Notes: generated by a model from the letters alone, not told the origin. A stretch of DNA of 64,000 nucleotides from Gemmatimonas sp. (GCA_965279375.1 OZ257156.1:3072001-3136000); one strand, 5' to 3'. Shown: positions 19,444 through 36,558, numbered from the stretch's first letter. Numbers and translations are program-made.

Positions 19444-20363
19444 CGGACGGCCTCGATCATCGGCGTGGAGCGCACCGCGAACGCCGCGATCATCATGCCC
19501 CACACGTAGAACGGCACGCCGGCTGCACTGAGAAACAGCGCCTTCTCGATGGGCGCCTTGATGAAGCGCACCATCATCGCCGCTTGCACGACAGTCAGCG
19601 CGCCGATGGCAAGTGCATGCCACGGCCGATCCCACGAGATCAACAAACCAATCGCAACCGCCTGCGCGAGCAGCATCACTCCAGACGCCACCTTCGCCGC
19701 GCCTGCAGGACCAAGCAGCACGGGCAGCGACCGCACATTCATCTTGCGATCACCTTCGATCGCCTTGAAGTCGTTGAGCGTCATGATGCCGTGCGCGCCG
19801 ACTGAATACACGAAAGCGAGCAGCAGAATCGGGGCCGGCGGAATGCGATTGCCCAGCATCACACCGGCGCCGACGACCCACGCCAATCCTTCATAGGTAA
19901 AGCCGACGGCGGCGTTCCCGAGCCAGCCGTTTTGCTTGAGACGAACGGGCGGTGCGCTGTAGGCCCACGAGAAAACGAGGGCCAGCGCGACGGCGCCGAT
20001 GCCGAAATTGCCGAGGGGAATCGCTGCGGCGAGTGACAGCAGCGTCCAGAAGATCGCGAGACCCAAACCCCACATGCCGGGGATGCGGCCCGACGGGATT
20101 GGGCGGTTGGGCTCATTGATCGCATCCACATGCCGGTCGAACCAATCGTTGACGGCCTGACTGGAGGCGCACACGAGGGGACCGGTGATGCAAATGCCGA
20201 GGGCCAGCAACGGAATGCGGTCACCGAGTGGGACACCCGCGGAAATGGTGCCGCAGGTGAACGCCCACATGGGCGGAAACCAGGTGACCGGCTTGAGCAG
20301 CGTCAGGACCGCTTTCGGGTCCGGGCGGGCCGGGGATCGTTGTAAGGGGACACTGACGCTCAT
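19440..20363 (-). CDS. bchG: Bacteriochlorophyll a synthase
   Basis: LLKPVTWFPPMWA, NDWFDRHVDAINEP.RPIPSGR, NDFKAIEGD. Confidence 0.97.
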   Translation of the reverse strand: MSVSVPLQRSPARPDPKAVLTLLKPVTWFPPMWAFTCGTISAGVPLGDRIPLLALGICITGPLVCASSQAVNDWFDRHVDAINEPNRPIPSGRIPGMWGLGLAIFWTLLSLAAAIPLGNFGIGAVALALVFSWAYSAPPVRLKQNGWLGNAAVGFTYEGLAWVVGAGVMLGNRIPPAPILLLAFVYSVGAHGIMTLNDFKAIEGDRKMNVRSLPVLLGPAGAAKVASGVMLLAQAVAIGLLISWDRPWHALAIGALTVVQAAMMVRFIKAPIEKALFLSAAGVPFYVWGMMIAAFAVRSTPMIEAVR

Positions 20364-20384
20364 GGGCGTCTAGTTTAGTTTACA
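20341..20384. promoter_or_regulatory. Pair of PpsR-type palindromes (8 bp apart) over the bchG start
   Basis: TGTAAGGGGACACTGACG (20341-58) and CGTCTAGTTTAGTTTACA (20367-84); each has one mismatch to TGT-N12-ACA. Confidence 0.75.
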
Positions 20385-20444
20385 GTACCAAAATGCAACA
20401 GAGTATTTTTTGCCTCTGTCGGCGCTTTTTTGCCGGATTTTCGC

Positions 20445-21884
20445 CTAGCTGACTGTCTCTTCGTCGCGATCGGAGCCCGGCGTCACCAGCCGGTGTCTAC
20501 GCAGCTTGACATACAGGCTCTGACGGCTGACGCCGAGCACTTCGGCGGCCGAGGTCCGGTTGTCGTTGGTGAGCTCGAGCGCCGCTTCTATAAAGTGGCG
20601 TTCGACCAGATCGACGGTGTCGCGGACGAGGTCCCGGAGCGAGACTCGGCCGACGAGCCCCGTGAGCTCTTCGACAGCGCGCGAGAGGTCGCGAGCGCCC
20701 TGCGGACTGGCCGCCAGCCGGCGGCCGATGTCGCGGATCGAGAAGCCGATGCACGGCTCTTCGCCTTCCGGCACCCACACAGCCGACACTTCGACTTCGC
20801 TCTGGCTGCCATGCATGCCGCGCGCGGCGGTTCCGATGAGTCGGACCGCGCCGTTCTTCCGCAGCATGCTCTGGAAGATCGTGAAGTCGGCGCCTGGGCG
20901 ACCGATCCAGTTGGAGATCGGCAGCCCGCGTGCCTGGTCTTCGCTGGCCAGCTCCACGATGTCGAGAAACGCGCGGTTGGCCGTGAGGATACCGCCCTCG
21001 AGATCCGTGACCACAAACCCGTCGGGGGACCGTTCGATCAGGTCGAGCAGGCGCGCCGGAGATCCAGCCGTCGCGTCCGGTGATGCCGCATCGGATGGCG
21101 ACAGACGCACGAGCAACAGCGTCGCCGACTCCTGTCGGAAGCAGGACGCGGAGACGTGGTACGAGCGGTCATTGCCGGTGACGCCTACCGTGATGTCACC
21201 TGCACGGCCGGCACTGCGCGCGGCCGTTAGCAGCGTTTCCAACGCGGTCGCGCTTCCGGGGGCCACGCCGAACGGGAAGGGGAGCCCGATGATCTGTTCG
21301 GCGGGGAGATTGAAGATCTGTCCGGCGGCGCCGTTCGCGTCGAGCACCTTGAGCGTGGAGGCATCGATGACGAGGATGCCATCGCTCGAGAGCTGGAAGA
21401 GGAGGCGATAGCGCGTTTCCACGTGACGCATGCGCCAGTAGTCGCGCTCCATCGACTGCTGCGCTTCCACCAGTCGCTGCTGCAACGCCGAGACGTGCCG
21501 CATGTCGCGACCGACGGCCACGATGTCGCCGTTGCGGCCGAGTCGCAGCGCGGTGTAGGAGACCGGCAGATCGACGCCGTCGGTGAGGACGTGATTGATC
21601 TGGCGGCGCTTGCTCATCCCGGCCGTGGCCGCTTCGCGAATGAGCGTTTCGATCTTCAAGCGAGCCTCGATCGTGACCGTATCAGCCCACGGTCGGCCAA
21701 CCCACTTGCGCACGCTGTCGAACTGCGTGTCGCCCGCGTTGACGGCTACGTCGCGAATGACCCCCGCGCTGTCCATGACGAGCGCGATGTCACCAGTAAC
21801 AGCGAGGAGCGCAGCCGCTGCGCTGGCATCGAGCTCCCCGAAGACCGGATCATTCGCGTCGAAGGGCTTCACTGAGCTCGCCAT
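20445..21884 (-). CDS. ppsR: Transcriptional repressor PpsR/CrtJ (three PAS domains + Fis-type HTH)
   Basis: QQRLVEAQQSMERDYW.MR..ETRYR.LF; C-terminal NRTSAAEVLGVSRQSLYVKLRRH; start could also be GTG 21872. Confidence 0.95.
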   Translation of the reverse strand: MASSVKPFDANDPVFGELDASAAAALLAVTGDIALVMDSAGVIRDVAVNAGDTQFDSVRKWVGRPWADTVTIEARLKIETLIREAATAGMSKRRQINHVLTDGVDLPVSYTALRLGRNGDIVAVGRDMRHVSALQQRLVEAQQSMERDYWRMRHVETRYRLLFQLSSDGILVIDASTLKVLDANGAAGQIFNLPAEQIIGLPFPFGVAPGSATALETLLTAARSAGRAGDITVGVTGNDRSYHVSASCFRQESATLLLVRLSPSDAASPDATAGSPARLLDLIERSPDGFVVTDLEGGILTANRAFLDIVELASEDQARGLPISNWIGRPGADFTIFQSMLRKNGAVRLIGTAARGMHGSQSEVEVSAVWVPEGEEPCIGFSIRDIGRRLAASPQGARDLSRAVEELTGLVGRVSLRDLVRDTVDLVERHFIEAALELTNDNRTSAAEVLGVSRQSLYVKLRRHRLVTPGSDRDEETVS

Positions 21885-22794
21885 GGCCACTCGTTGCCTC
21901 CCGCATGGTCGCGAGGGTCGGTGTGGTTGCAGACGCCGAGAGGAGCTCGCGTGCGATATCCGGCGCCTGTCGCGCGTCCACCGCGTAGGCGTCGGCGCCA
22001 ACCCGGGCCACCATCTCCGGATCGTCCAAGAACACCTTGCCACCCACCATGACGCGAACGTTGGGATTGCGCGACGCTGAGCGCAGCCGACGGATCTCGC
22101 GCTTGAGGGAGGAGAGGCGATTTTCGCAGCCCACCGAGAATCCGATGACGTCGAACGACTCGCTCGAGACCATCGCCATCAGATCGCTCTCGGTCCATGG
22201 AGCTCCAACCAGCACACGCCACCCGTCACGGAGCAGGAACTCGGCGACGATGATCACGCCCAGCGTATGCTGTTCCCCTGGCACGCAGGTGAGCAGCACG
22301 TTGCCCGTCGTTTCGGCGCGGCCGGAGTCGGCGAGGAAGTGCTGGGACAGGTCACGCAGGAGCCGCTGAATGCGGCCCATCGCGACCGTCACCTCGACGA
22401 AATCGCACTCGTCGGCATCCCACAACGTCCCCAAACGTCGCGCGGTCGGCGCCAGCAGGTCGACGTAGATCGACTCGATCGGCGCACCGTCGGCGACGAG
22501 ATTCCGGACGTACTGCACGGCGGATCCGTCGTCGGTGCCACGAATGGCCGCGACGAAGGCCGACACGTCTTCTTCGGAAAGCTTTCGAGCCACGGCGGAA
22601 GTCAGGGAGGGAGGGACCGGACCGACTCGATGACTGAGCATGAGCCGGGGCACGATCTCGTCCTGGATCATGCGCTCCAATCGCTCACGCTGGCGCGCAG
22701 CGGCGGACGGTGAAAGGTCAGCCAAGCCAGCCTTTCCCAGTGCACTGATGTCGAGTGGTCTTTCCACGGCAGGTTTGTGGGGCGCGCCGAACAT
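21850..22794 (-). CDS. ppaA: Cobalamin-binding antirepressor AerR/PpaA
   Basis: LLAPTARRLG.LW..D.CDF.EVT; PGEQHTLG B12 motif; VMVGG; directly upstream of ppsR. Confidence 0.9.
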   Translation of the reverse strand: MFGAPHKPAVERPLDISALGKAGLADLSPSAAARQRERLERMIQDEIVPRLMLSHRVGPVPPSLTSAVARKLSEEDVSAFVAAIRGTDDGSAVQYVRNLVADGAPIESIYVDLLAPTARRLGTLWDADECDFVEVTVAMGRIQRLLRDLSQHFLADSGRAETTGNVLLTCVPGEQHTLGVIIVAEFLLRDGWRVLVGAPWTESDLMAMVSSESFDVIGFSVGCENRLSSLKREIRRLRSASRNPNVRVMVGGKVFLDDPEMVARVGADAYAVDARQAPDIARELLSASATTPTLATMREATSGHGELSEALRRE

Positions 22795-22862
22795 TGCCGC
22801 TCGGTCTCCGAGACGCAAGAACAAAAACTCCGCGCCGCGAACATTGCGCGAACCCGAGAAAT

Positions 22863-22919
22863 TGTCAAGCAAACTTGACGTCAATCTTTCTTGACAACTT
22901 TCTTCCCTCACCCTACCAT
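22863..22919 (+). promoter_or_regulatory. Divergent aerR/bchF control region: two overlapping PpsR palindromes plus a sigma70-type bchF promoter
   Basis: TGTCAAGCAAACTTGACG (22863-80), CGTCAATCTTTCTTGACA (22879-96); TTGACA(22891)-N17-TACCAT(22914). Confidence 0.8.
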
Positions 22920-22967
22920 CGAAGCCATCTGGGTAGCGAACCCCCGGAACAAGACGGCTTACGCAAC

Positions 22968-24838
<1,871 letters not shown>

Positions 24839-24870
24839 GACGACGTGATGCGGATTCTGCGGATGGCTCC

Positions 24871-26572
24871 ATGGAACTGACACTCTGGACGTACGAAGGT
24901 CCGCCGCATGTTGGCGCGATGCGCATCGCCACCTCTATGGAAGGCGTGCACTACGTGCTGCACGCGCCGCAGGGTGACACGTACGCTGACCTGCTGATCA
25001 CGATGATCGAGCGGCGCGACAAGCGCCCGCCGGTTACGTATACGACGTTCCAGGCGCGCGACCTTGGTGGTGACACGGCGGAGTTGGTGAAAGCGTCGGT
25101 GCGCAGCGCGTACGAGCGCTTCAAGCCGCAGGCGATGCTCGTGGGCGAATCGTGCACGGCGGAGCTCATTCAGGATCAGCCGGGCTCACTCGCGCAGGGG
25201 ATGAACCTGCCGATTCCCATCGTGCCGCTCGAGTTGCCCGCGTACTCCAAGAAGGAAAACTGGGGCGCGAGCGAGACGTTCTATCATCTCGTGCGCACAC
25301 TGTTGTTGCCGGTGGTGCCGGCGCCGGGTACGCCGCGGCCTGTGCGTCCCGCTGGGCAGCGCGCGCGTTGCAACCTGCTTGGCGCCACGCTGCTGGGATT
25401 CCGCAATCGCGACGACGTGCGTGAGATCACGCGTCTGTTGGCCGAGGTCGGTGTCGACGTGCATGTGTGCGCGCCGCTTGGAGCGACGCCCGATCAGCTG
25501 CGCACGATGCCGGAAGCGGACTTCAACATCGTGCTGTATCCCGAGATCGCGGAGACGACGGCGCGCTGGCTGCAGAAGTCGTTCGGCATGCCGTTCGTGA
25601 AGACGGTGCCGATCGGTGTGGGAGCAACGCGCGATTTCCTGCGTGAGGTTGGTGAGAAGGCGGGTGTGGATGTCGAGCCGATTCTCGTGCGCGAGCGCGT
25701 GGGTGATGCGCAGGTGAGCGCGAGTCGCTCGCTGCTGCCGTGGTATTCACGCTCGGTGGACGCGACCTATCTCACGGGCAAGCGTGTGTTCGTGTTCGGC
25801 GATGCCACGCACGTGCTGGCGGCGGCGCGCATCGCGAAGGAAGAGCTGGGCTTCAATGTGGTGGGCATCGGCACGTATGCGCGTGAGTATGCGCGAGACG
25901 TGCGTGAGGCGGCCAAGGCGATGGGCATCGAGGCGTTGATCAGCGACAACTATCTCGAAGTCGAGAAGACCATCGCCGATCTCGCGGTCGAGCTGGTATT
26001 GGGCACGCAGATGGAGCGCCACATCGCCAAGCGCCTTGGCGTGCCGTGCGCGGTGATTTCGTCGCCGATTCACGTGCAGGATGTGCCGGCGCGTCATTCG
26101 CCGCAGATGGGTTTCGAAGGCGCCAACGTGATTTTCGATACGTGGGTGCACCCGCTGATGATGGGACTCGAAGAGCATCTCCTGCAGATGTTCCGTGAGG
26201 ACTTCGAGTTCGGCGATGGCTCGACGGCGTCACATCTGCACTCGGTGGCACCGCGCGATGCGGTCGCTCGCACGGCGCCGTCCGGTGCGCCTGCAGCAGT
26301 GAGCGCTGGCGTGACCGGCGAGTACGAGGCCAATCCGGAGCCTGCGGGCGCCGTGGGCTTGGCCGAAGAAGAGACCGAAGACAACGAGGCCGCTGCGGCA
26401 CCCGCGCCAACGACTCCGGTGGAAGCGCGCTGGTCGTCGTCGGCCGAAGCGGAGCTCAAGAAGATTCCATTCTTTGTTCGCGGCAAGGCGCGTCGCAACA
26501 CGGAGAAGTACGCGTTGGCGCATGGCGTCGCCGAGATCTCGGTGGACACGCTGTACGAAGCAAAGGCGCACT

Positions 26573-26583
<11 letters not shown>
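24871..26583 (+). CDS. bchB: Dark-operative protochlorophyllide reductase subunit B
   Basis: [23 protein letters not shown]-terminal PCP_red domain [15 protein letters not shown]. Confidence 0.96.
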
Positions 26584-31308
<4,725 letters not shown>

Positions 31309-31309
31309 G

Positions 31310-32113
31310 ATGGCCAAGACCGTAGCAAATTCACCGAATTCAGACCCGTCGTTCGCGGGAACGCCGGTTGGGGGTTCGCAAGCCGCATCGTCGTCGTACC
31401 TCGAGCGGCGGGCCTGGATCGGTGAGTATTTCGACAAGACGGCCGCGGATGGCTGGAAGACGCTGACCTCGGACGCGCCGGTCTCGCGTGTGCGGGCGAC
31501 GGTGCGCGAGGGGCGCGACACGATGCGCCGTACGCTGCTCAGCTATTTGCCGGACGATTTGTCGGGGAAGCGCGTGCTCGATGCCGGCTGTGGCACGGGG
31601 ATGCTGGCGATCGATCTCGCGATGCGCGGCGCCGAGGTGGTGGCGGTGGACTTGTCGCCCACGTTGGTGGCGCATGGCGCCGAGCGGGCGGAAGCGGCGG
31701 GTGTCCTCGATCGCATCGATTTCCGTGCGGGCGACATGCTCGATCCGTCGTTCGGCACGTTCGACATGGCCGTGGGGATGGATTCGCTGATCCACTACGA
31801 CCTGCCGGAGATTCTGGCCTCGCTGCGCCAACTGGTGGGACGGACGCGGTCGCAGGTGCTGTTTACCGTGGCCCCCTTCACGCCTGTACTGGGAACCCTG
31901 TTGACGGTGGGGCGCCTGTTTCCCCAACGTGATCGGTCGCCGCGCATCGTACCAATGTCGGAGCGTCGCCTGCGGAAGTCGATCGGGGCGGATTCGGCGT
32001 TGGCGGGGTGGCAGATGGCCCGGACGCAGCGGGTGGAGCGGGGGTTCTATCGCTCGCAGGCGTATGAGTTGCATCGTTATGACGGCGCCGCGGTATCCCC
32101 GCGCGCTGGTTGA
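31310..32113 (+). CDS. bchM: Mg-protoporphyrin IX methyltransferase
   Basis: YFD.TA...W..LTSDAPVS.VRATVR.GRD; LDAGCGTG; MDSLIHY. Confidence 0.95.
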   Translation: MAKTVANSPNSDPSFAGTPVGGSQAASSSYLERRAWIGEYFDKTAADGWKTLTSDAPVSRVRATVREGRDTMRRTLLSYLPDDLSGKRVLDAGCGTGMLAIDLAMRGAEVVAVDLSPTLVAHGAERAEAAGVLDRIDFRAGDMLDPSFGTFDMAVGMDSLIHYDLPEILASLRQLVGRTRSQVLFTVAPFTPVLGTLLTVGRLFPQRDRSPRIVPMSERRLRKSIGADSALAGWQMARTQRVERGFYRSQAYELHRYDGAAVSPRAG

Positions 32114-32138
32114 TCAATCAGGAGAGGGGATAGGACGG

Positions 32139-32471
32139 ATGATGATGCCGGTATGGGGCGCGATAGCCGTTGCAGGCGCAGGGATCGCGTTCTGGTATGT
32201 CGCGACGCGACGCACGGAAGTGCCGTGCACTGTGGATCTCGAAGCGAGCCACGACCATTTCCACGCGCACGTGGATCTCAAGGGCGTGGAAGTCGATCCG
32301 GGTGACGAGGTGCTGGTGCACAACACGCCGACGCGCGTGCCGTTTGGAACGCAGCGCACCTTCGAAAGCACCGCCACGGTGCAGCGCGCGAGCTGGCTTC
32401 GTCGCCAGTTCGTGAAGCTCACGGGCGGGACCGAGCTGTATGAACTCTACGACGTCGGTTTCGAGGGCTAA
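32139..32471 (+). CDS. bciE: BciE-like accessory protein of the aerobic cyclase, with an N-terminal hydrophobic extension
   Basis: VPCTVD....HFHAHV....V.PGDEVLVH..P....FG.....TATV.RA.WL.R...LTG resembles my recollection of alphaproteobacterial BciE; directly upstream of acsF. Confidence 0.7.
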   Translation: MMMPVWGAIAVAGAGIAFWYVATRRTEVPCTVDLEASHDHFHAHVDLKGVEVDPGDEVLVHNTPTRVPFGTQRTFESTATVQRASWLRRQFVKLTGGTELYELYDVGFEG

Positions 32472-32477
32472 CCGCAC

Positions 32478-33563
32478 ATGTACAACACCGCTACTGAACT
32501 CCCGACGCGCGCCTATGCGGCGCCGAACGAGTCCACCAAGTCCGCGCAGCAGAACGCGATGCTCAGCCCGCGTTTCTACACGACGGACTTCAAGGCGATG
32601 GACAGCCTCAAGATCGCGCCGGAAAGCCGGCAGATGTGGGACGACATCCTCGCGGAATTCCGCCGCGATCCCAACAAGGATCACTTCAAGCGCAACGCCG
32701 ATTTCGACGCCGATTTCTCGGCGATGGATCCCGAGCTGCGCACGCAGTTCATCGATTTTCTCGTGTCGTCGGTGACCGCCGAATTCAGCGGCTGCATTCT
32801 GTACGCCGAAGTGAAGAAGCGCATCAAGAACCCGGATGTGCGCGAACTGTTCGGCTTCATGAGCCGTGACGAAGGGCGCCACGCCGGTTTCATCAACCAC
32901 ACGCTGAACGACTTCGATGTCGCGGTCGATCTCAGCTTTTTGACGAAGGCGAAGAAGTACACGTTCTTCCAGCCCAAGTTCATCTATTACGCCACGTACC
33001 TCTCCGAGAAGATCGGCTACGCGCGCTACATCACGATCTACCGCAACTTCGAGCAGAAGCCCGACAAGCGCTTCCACCCGATCTTCAAGTGGTTCGAGAA
33101 CTGGTGCCTCGACGAGTTCCGTCACGGCGAAGCGTTTGCGGTGCTGATGCGCTCCAACCCGGAGTTCCTCGAAGGACGTAACCGGTTGTGGATCCGCTTC
33201 TTCCTGCTCGCGGTCTTCTGTACGATGTATGTGCGTGACCATGCGCGGAGCGCATTCTTCGCGAACATGGGGCTCGACGTCGAAGAGTTCGATCGCAAGG
33301 TCATCAAGCTGACGAACCTCATCAGCCGCCAGGTCTTCCCGCACACGATCGATACGGAGAGCGAAGAGTTCTGGGCCCTGCTCAACCGCATGTGGCGCAA
33401 TACCGACGCGATGCGCCAGGCGGAAGAGAAGGGCGGCATGTTCTCGACGATCAAGGTGACGTTGCTCAAGGCGGCCAACGCGCTGACGTTCGTGCAGCTG
33501 TTCCTGCGTCCCCCGCACAAGCAGGCGTTGCCGGCCGACGTCCGCATGCAGCCGGTCTGGTAA
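32478..33563 (+). CDS. acsF: O2-dependent Mg-protoporphyrin IX monomethyl ester cyclase
   Basis: LSPRFYTTDF, AEFSGCILY.E, DEGRHAGFIN, YLSEKIGYARY, DEFRHGE di-iron motifs. Confidence 0.97.
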   Translation: MYNTATELPTRAYAAPNESTKSAQQNAMLSPRFYTTDFKAMDSLKIAPESRQMWDDILAEFRRDPNKDHFKRNADFDADFSAMDPELRTQFIDFLVSSVTAEFSGCILYAEVKKRIKNPDVRELFGFMSRDEGRHAGFINHTLNDFDVAVDLSFLTKAKKYTFFQPKFIYYATYLSEKIGYARYITIYRNFEQKPDKRFHPIFKWFENWCLDEFRHGEAFAVLMRSNPEFLEGRNRLWIRFFLLAVFCTMYVRDHARSAFFANMGLDVEEFDRKVIKLTNLISRQVFPHTIDTESEEFWALLNRMWRNTDAMRQAEEKGGMFSTIKVTLLKAANALTFVQLFLRPPHKQALPADVRMQPVW

Positions 33564-33567
33564 GCGC

Positions 33568-35028
33568 ATGAGCGAGACGTCCAAGACATCCTCGGTGGCC
33601 ATTCGCACGTGGCAGAAGTTCGGCACGAGCATCCTACCGTTCGCCGATGTCGCGACGGCGGAATTGCCGCTCAGCCGCCTCATGCGGCTGGCGCTCTTCC
33701 AGCTGTCGGTGGGCATGGTGCAGACGCTGTTCGTCGGCACGCTCAATCGCGTCATGATTCTCGAGCTGCGGGTGCCAGCGTCGCTGGTGGCCATCATGCT
33801 CGCGATTCCGTTGCTCGTCGCGCCGTTCCGGGCGCTCGTCGGCTTCAAGTCGGACACGCACCGCAGCGTGCTGGGATGGAAACGCGTGCCGTACCTCTGG
33901 GGCGGCACGCTGCTGCAGTTCTCCGGCTTGTCGATCATGCCGTTCGCGTTGCTCGTACTATCCGACGGCCCGCGCACGGGACCGGTGTGGGGCGGCTACG
34001 TGGGCACTGCGATCGCGTTCCTGCTGGTTGGCGCGGGTGCACACACCACGCAGACGGCGGGTCTCGCGCTCGCGACCGACGTGGTGTCGGAAGACAAGCG
34101 ACCGCGCGTGATCGCGCTGATGTATCTCATGATGCTGCTGGGCACCTTGGTCAGCGCGTTGATCCTCGAGGGGCTGCTGCGCGACTTCAATCCGACCAAG
34201 CTGATCCAGGTCATTCAGGGCACGGCGGTGTTCACGGTGTTCGTGAATCTGATGTCGCTCTGGAAGCAGGAAGCGCGGGTGCGCGGCGTGGAAGAGTACA
34301 AGAAGGGCGAACGGCGTCCGATGTTCCGCGACGCGTGGCGTACCTTCGCCGCCGGTGGACAGGCGGTGCGACTGCTGGTGGCGTCGGGGTTGGGCTTCTT
34401 CGCCTTCAACCTGCAGGACGTGCTGCTGGAGCCCTATGGCGGCGAAATTCTTGGTCTCAGCGTCTCGCAGACCACGCTTTTGACAGGTATCATGGCGGTA
34501 GGCGCGGTCGCCGCATTTGCGCTGTCGGCGGCGATGCTGCGTCGACACCACGATCCGATTCGGTTGGCAGCGCTTGGCGTGCTGATCGGCGTGGCGGGGT
34601 TCGCGATGATCGTCTTTGCAAGTCCGCTCGAATCAGCGGCGCTGTTCCGCCTTGGCGTGATGCTGATCGGTTTTGGCGAAGGCTTCTTTGGTGTGGGAAC
34701 GCTCTCGTTCGCGATGCAGATGCGGGATCCGTCGCAGCACGGCATTGCACTGGGCGCGTGGGGCGCGGTGTTCGCCACGGCCGAGGGGCTCTCCTTCGCT
34801 CTCAGTGGCGTGATGAAGGACTGGCTGTCGCATCTGGTGCAGCGCGGAGCACTGAGCCCCGGGTTGAACCTGCCGTCGGTGCCGTACTCGGTCGTGTACC
34901 ATCTCGAAATTCTGGTGCTGTTCGCGACGCTCGTCGCACTTGGACCTCTCGTAGCCCGTCGCGCCGTCGGTCAAGCCGAGCGTGACCGCAGCGCGCGCCC
35001 GTTCGGGCTCGCTGATCTTCCTGCTTGA
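33568..35028 (+). CDS. lhaA: LH1 assembly protein LhaA (PucC family)
   Basis: [39 protein letters not shown]; immediately upstream of puhA. Confidence 0.92.
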   Translation: MSETSKTSSVAIRTWQKFGTSILPFADVATAELPLSRLMRLALFQLSVGMVQTLFVGTLNRVMILELRVPASLVAIMLAIPLLVAPFRALVGFKSDTHRSVLGWKRVPYLWGGTLLQFSGLSIMPFALLVLSDGPRTGPVWGGYVGTAIAFLLVGAGAHTTQTAGLALATDVVSEDKRPRVIALMYLMMLLGTLVSALILEGLLRDFNPTKLIQVIQGTAVFTVFVNLMSLWKQEARVRGVEEYKKGERRPMFRDAWRTFAAGGQAVRLLVASGLGFFAFNLQDVLLEPYGGEILGLSVSQTTLLTGIMAVGAVAAFALSAAMLRRHHDPIRLAALGVLIGVAGFAMIVFASPLESAALFRLGVMLIGFGEGFFGVGTLSFAMQMRDPSQHGIALGAWGAVFATAEGLSFALSGVMKDWLSHLVQRGALSPGLNLPSVPYSVVYHLEILVLFATLVALGPLVARRAVGQAERDRSARPFGLADLPA

Positions 35029-35056
35029 CCACCCTTCAACGCACGGAGCTGTTGCC

Positions 35057-35257
35057 ATGCAATACATCGATGGGGCACAGATCGCCCTGTACGCCTTCTG
35101 GATCTTTTTCGCCGGGTTGATCATCTACATCCGTCGGGAAGACAAGCGCGAAGGGTACCCGCTCGAGTCTCCGCAGGGTCCGCGCGACGGGTGGCCGAAA
35201 TCGGCCGGCCCGAAGAAGTTCATTCATCGGCCGCATGGCGGCGAAGGGACGCACTGA
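35057..35257 (+). CDS. puhA: Reaction centre H subunit, transmembrane part (Ht), 66 aa
   Basis: [34 protein letters not shown] is the H-subunit TM helix; GGAG RBS upstream. Confidence 0.9.
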   Translation: MQYIDGAQIALYAFWIFFAGLIIYIRREDKREGYPLESPQGPRDGWPKSAGPKKFIHRPHGGEGTH

Positions 35258-35799
35258 TGTCTGAGATCAAGGCGGTGCCGGTCGACCACTTCAACGGGTC
35301 GCCGCTCATTCCGACGGGCAATCCGATGATCGATGGTGTCGGTCCGGCCTCCTGGGCCAATCGCGCCGACGAGCCCGATCGCACGTTCCACGGCGCGCCG
35401 AAGATCGTGCCGATGCGTCTCGATCCGACGTTCTCTGTCGCCAAGGGCGATCCCGATCCGCGCGGCCTGCCGGTCTATGCGCTCGACAAGCAGGTCGCCG
35501 GTACGGTCGTCGAGTTGTGGGTCGATCGCGCCGAGCCGCAGATCCGCTACTACGAGGTGAAGCTGGCCGACGGCGGACGTCATGTCATGCTGCCCTCCGG
35601 TTACGTGCAGTGGCCGAACTTCGGTCTCTGGGGCAACGATCGTCTGCTCGTGAAGGCGATCACATCGACGCAGTTCTCCGATGTCCCGGCGATCAAGCGC
35701 GACGACCAGATCACGCTGCTCGAGGAAGACAAGGTCATGGCGTACTATGCCGGTGGGCATCTGTACGCGACGGCTGCCCGGAGTGAGCCGCTTCTATGA
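35257..35799 (+). CDS. puhA: Reaction centre H subunit, cytoplasmic PRC-barrel part (Hc)
   Basis: PL.PTGNPM.DGVGPASWA.R.D.PD; DPDPRGLPV; ITLLEEDK..AYY.GG.LYA; TGATG coupling to Ht. Confidence 0.92.
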   Translation: MSEIKAVPVDHFNGSPLIPTGNPMIDGVGPASWANRADEPDRTFHGAPKIVPMRLDPTFSVAKGDPDPRGLPVYALDKQVAGTVVELWVDRAEPQIRYYEVKLADGGRHVMLPSGYVQWPNFGLWGNDRLLVKAITSTQFSDVPAIKRDDQITLLEEDKVMAYYAGGHLYATAARSEPLL

Positions 35800-36479
35800 C
35801 GACCCAAGGGGCGGGCGCGTCCGCGGAGGCCAAGCAGTACATCCGCGGCGTGCCCCACCCGTTGCCCGCGGGTGAGCACGTCCTCTGGGAAGGTGCGCCG
35901 GACGCCGGCGCGATGGCGACGCATGTCTTCCATCGCCGTTTGTTCATGCTCTACTTCGCCGGCATGATCGCGTGGTGGATGTTCACCACGACGCAAACGT
36001 TCGGCAGTGCGGAGTTTCTCACGGGCTTGGCCGTGCGTGCAGGACTGTCGGCGATCGCACTCGCGGTCGTCGAGATCATCGCGCGCGTCTCTGCACGCAC
36101 GACGTGGTATGCGATCACCAACAAGCGCATCGTGTTCAAGGTCGGCATGGTCATTCCCATGTCCATCAACATTCCGTTCACGATCGTGGAGTCGGCGGGC
36201 GTTGGGCAGTTCAAGGACGGCACGGGGCAGATCCGCGTCGTGCTTGGCAAGGATCATCGCCTCGCGTACATCGCGCTCTGGCCGCACTGCCGCGTGTTCA
36301 ACACCGGCAATCCGGAGCCGATCCTGCGCGGCCTGACCGATGCCAACACCGTGGGCGCGCTGCTCGCGAACGCCGTAGCCGAGGCGGCGGCGAACGACGA
36401 GAACACGCGTATCGACCGGACGGCATCGCGCGGTCCGTCGCTCGAGCGCAACGCGCTGCCGCAGCCCGTCGGCGCGTAA
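35796..36479 (+). CDS. puhB: Photosynthetic complex assembly protein PuhB
   Basis: G.P..LPAGE.VLW.GAP; T.Y.IT..R; AY..LWPH.R; follows puhA. Confidence 0.9.
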   Translation: MTTQGAGASAEAKQYIRGVPHPLPAGEHVLWEGAPDAGAMATHVFHRRLFMLYFAGMIAWWMFTTTQTFGSAEFLTGLAVRAGLSAIALAVVEIIARVSARTTWYAITNKRIVFKVGMVIPMSINIPFTIVESAGVGQFKDGTGQIRVVLGKDHRLAYIALWPHCRVFNTGNPEPILRGLTDANTVGALLANAVAEAAANDENTRIDRTASRGPSLERNALPQPVGA

Positions 36480-36558
36480 CGCCAACACATCGCCGTTCGA
36501 TCCGTCGTCATTCGATGCCTCGCACGTCGATTCTTATTTCTCGTTCCAGAAGCCTTCG

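Noticed and set aside
32118..33977. Long antisense or alternate-frame ORFs (e.g. 619 aa here, 28505..30115, 37603..39240, 4403..5995)
   Set aside because: They overlap better-supported genes, lack motifs, and are the shadow ORFs expected in high-GC DNA
35057..35799. puhA as a frameshifted pseudogene
   Set aside because: Clean TGATG coupling, an RBS-like sequence, both halves intact, and a split H subunit is known in this lineage
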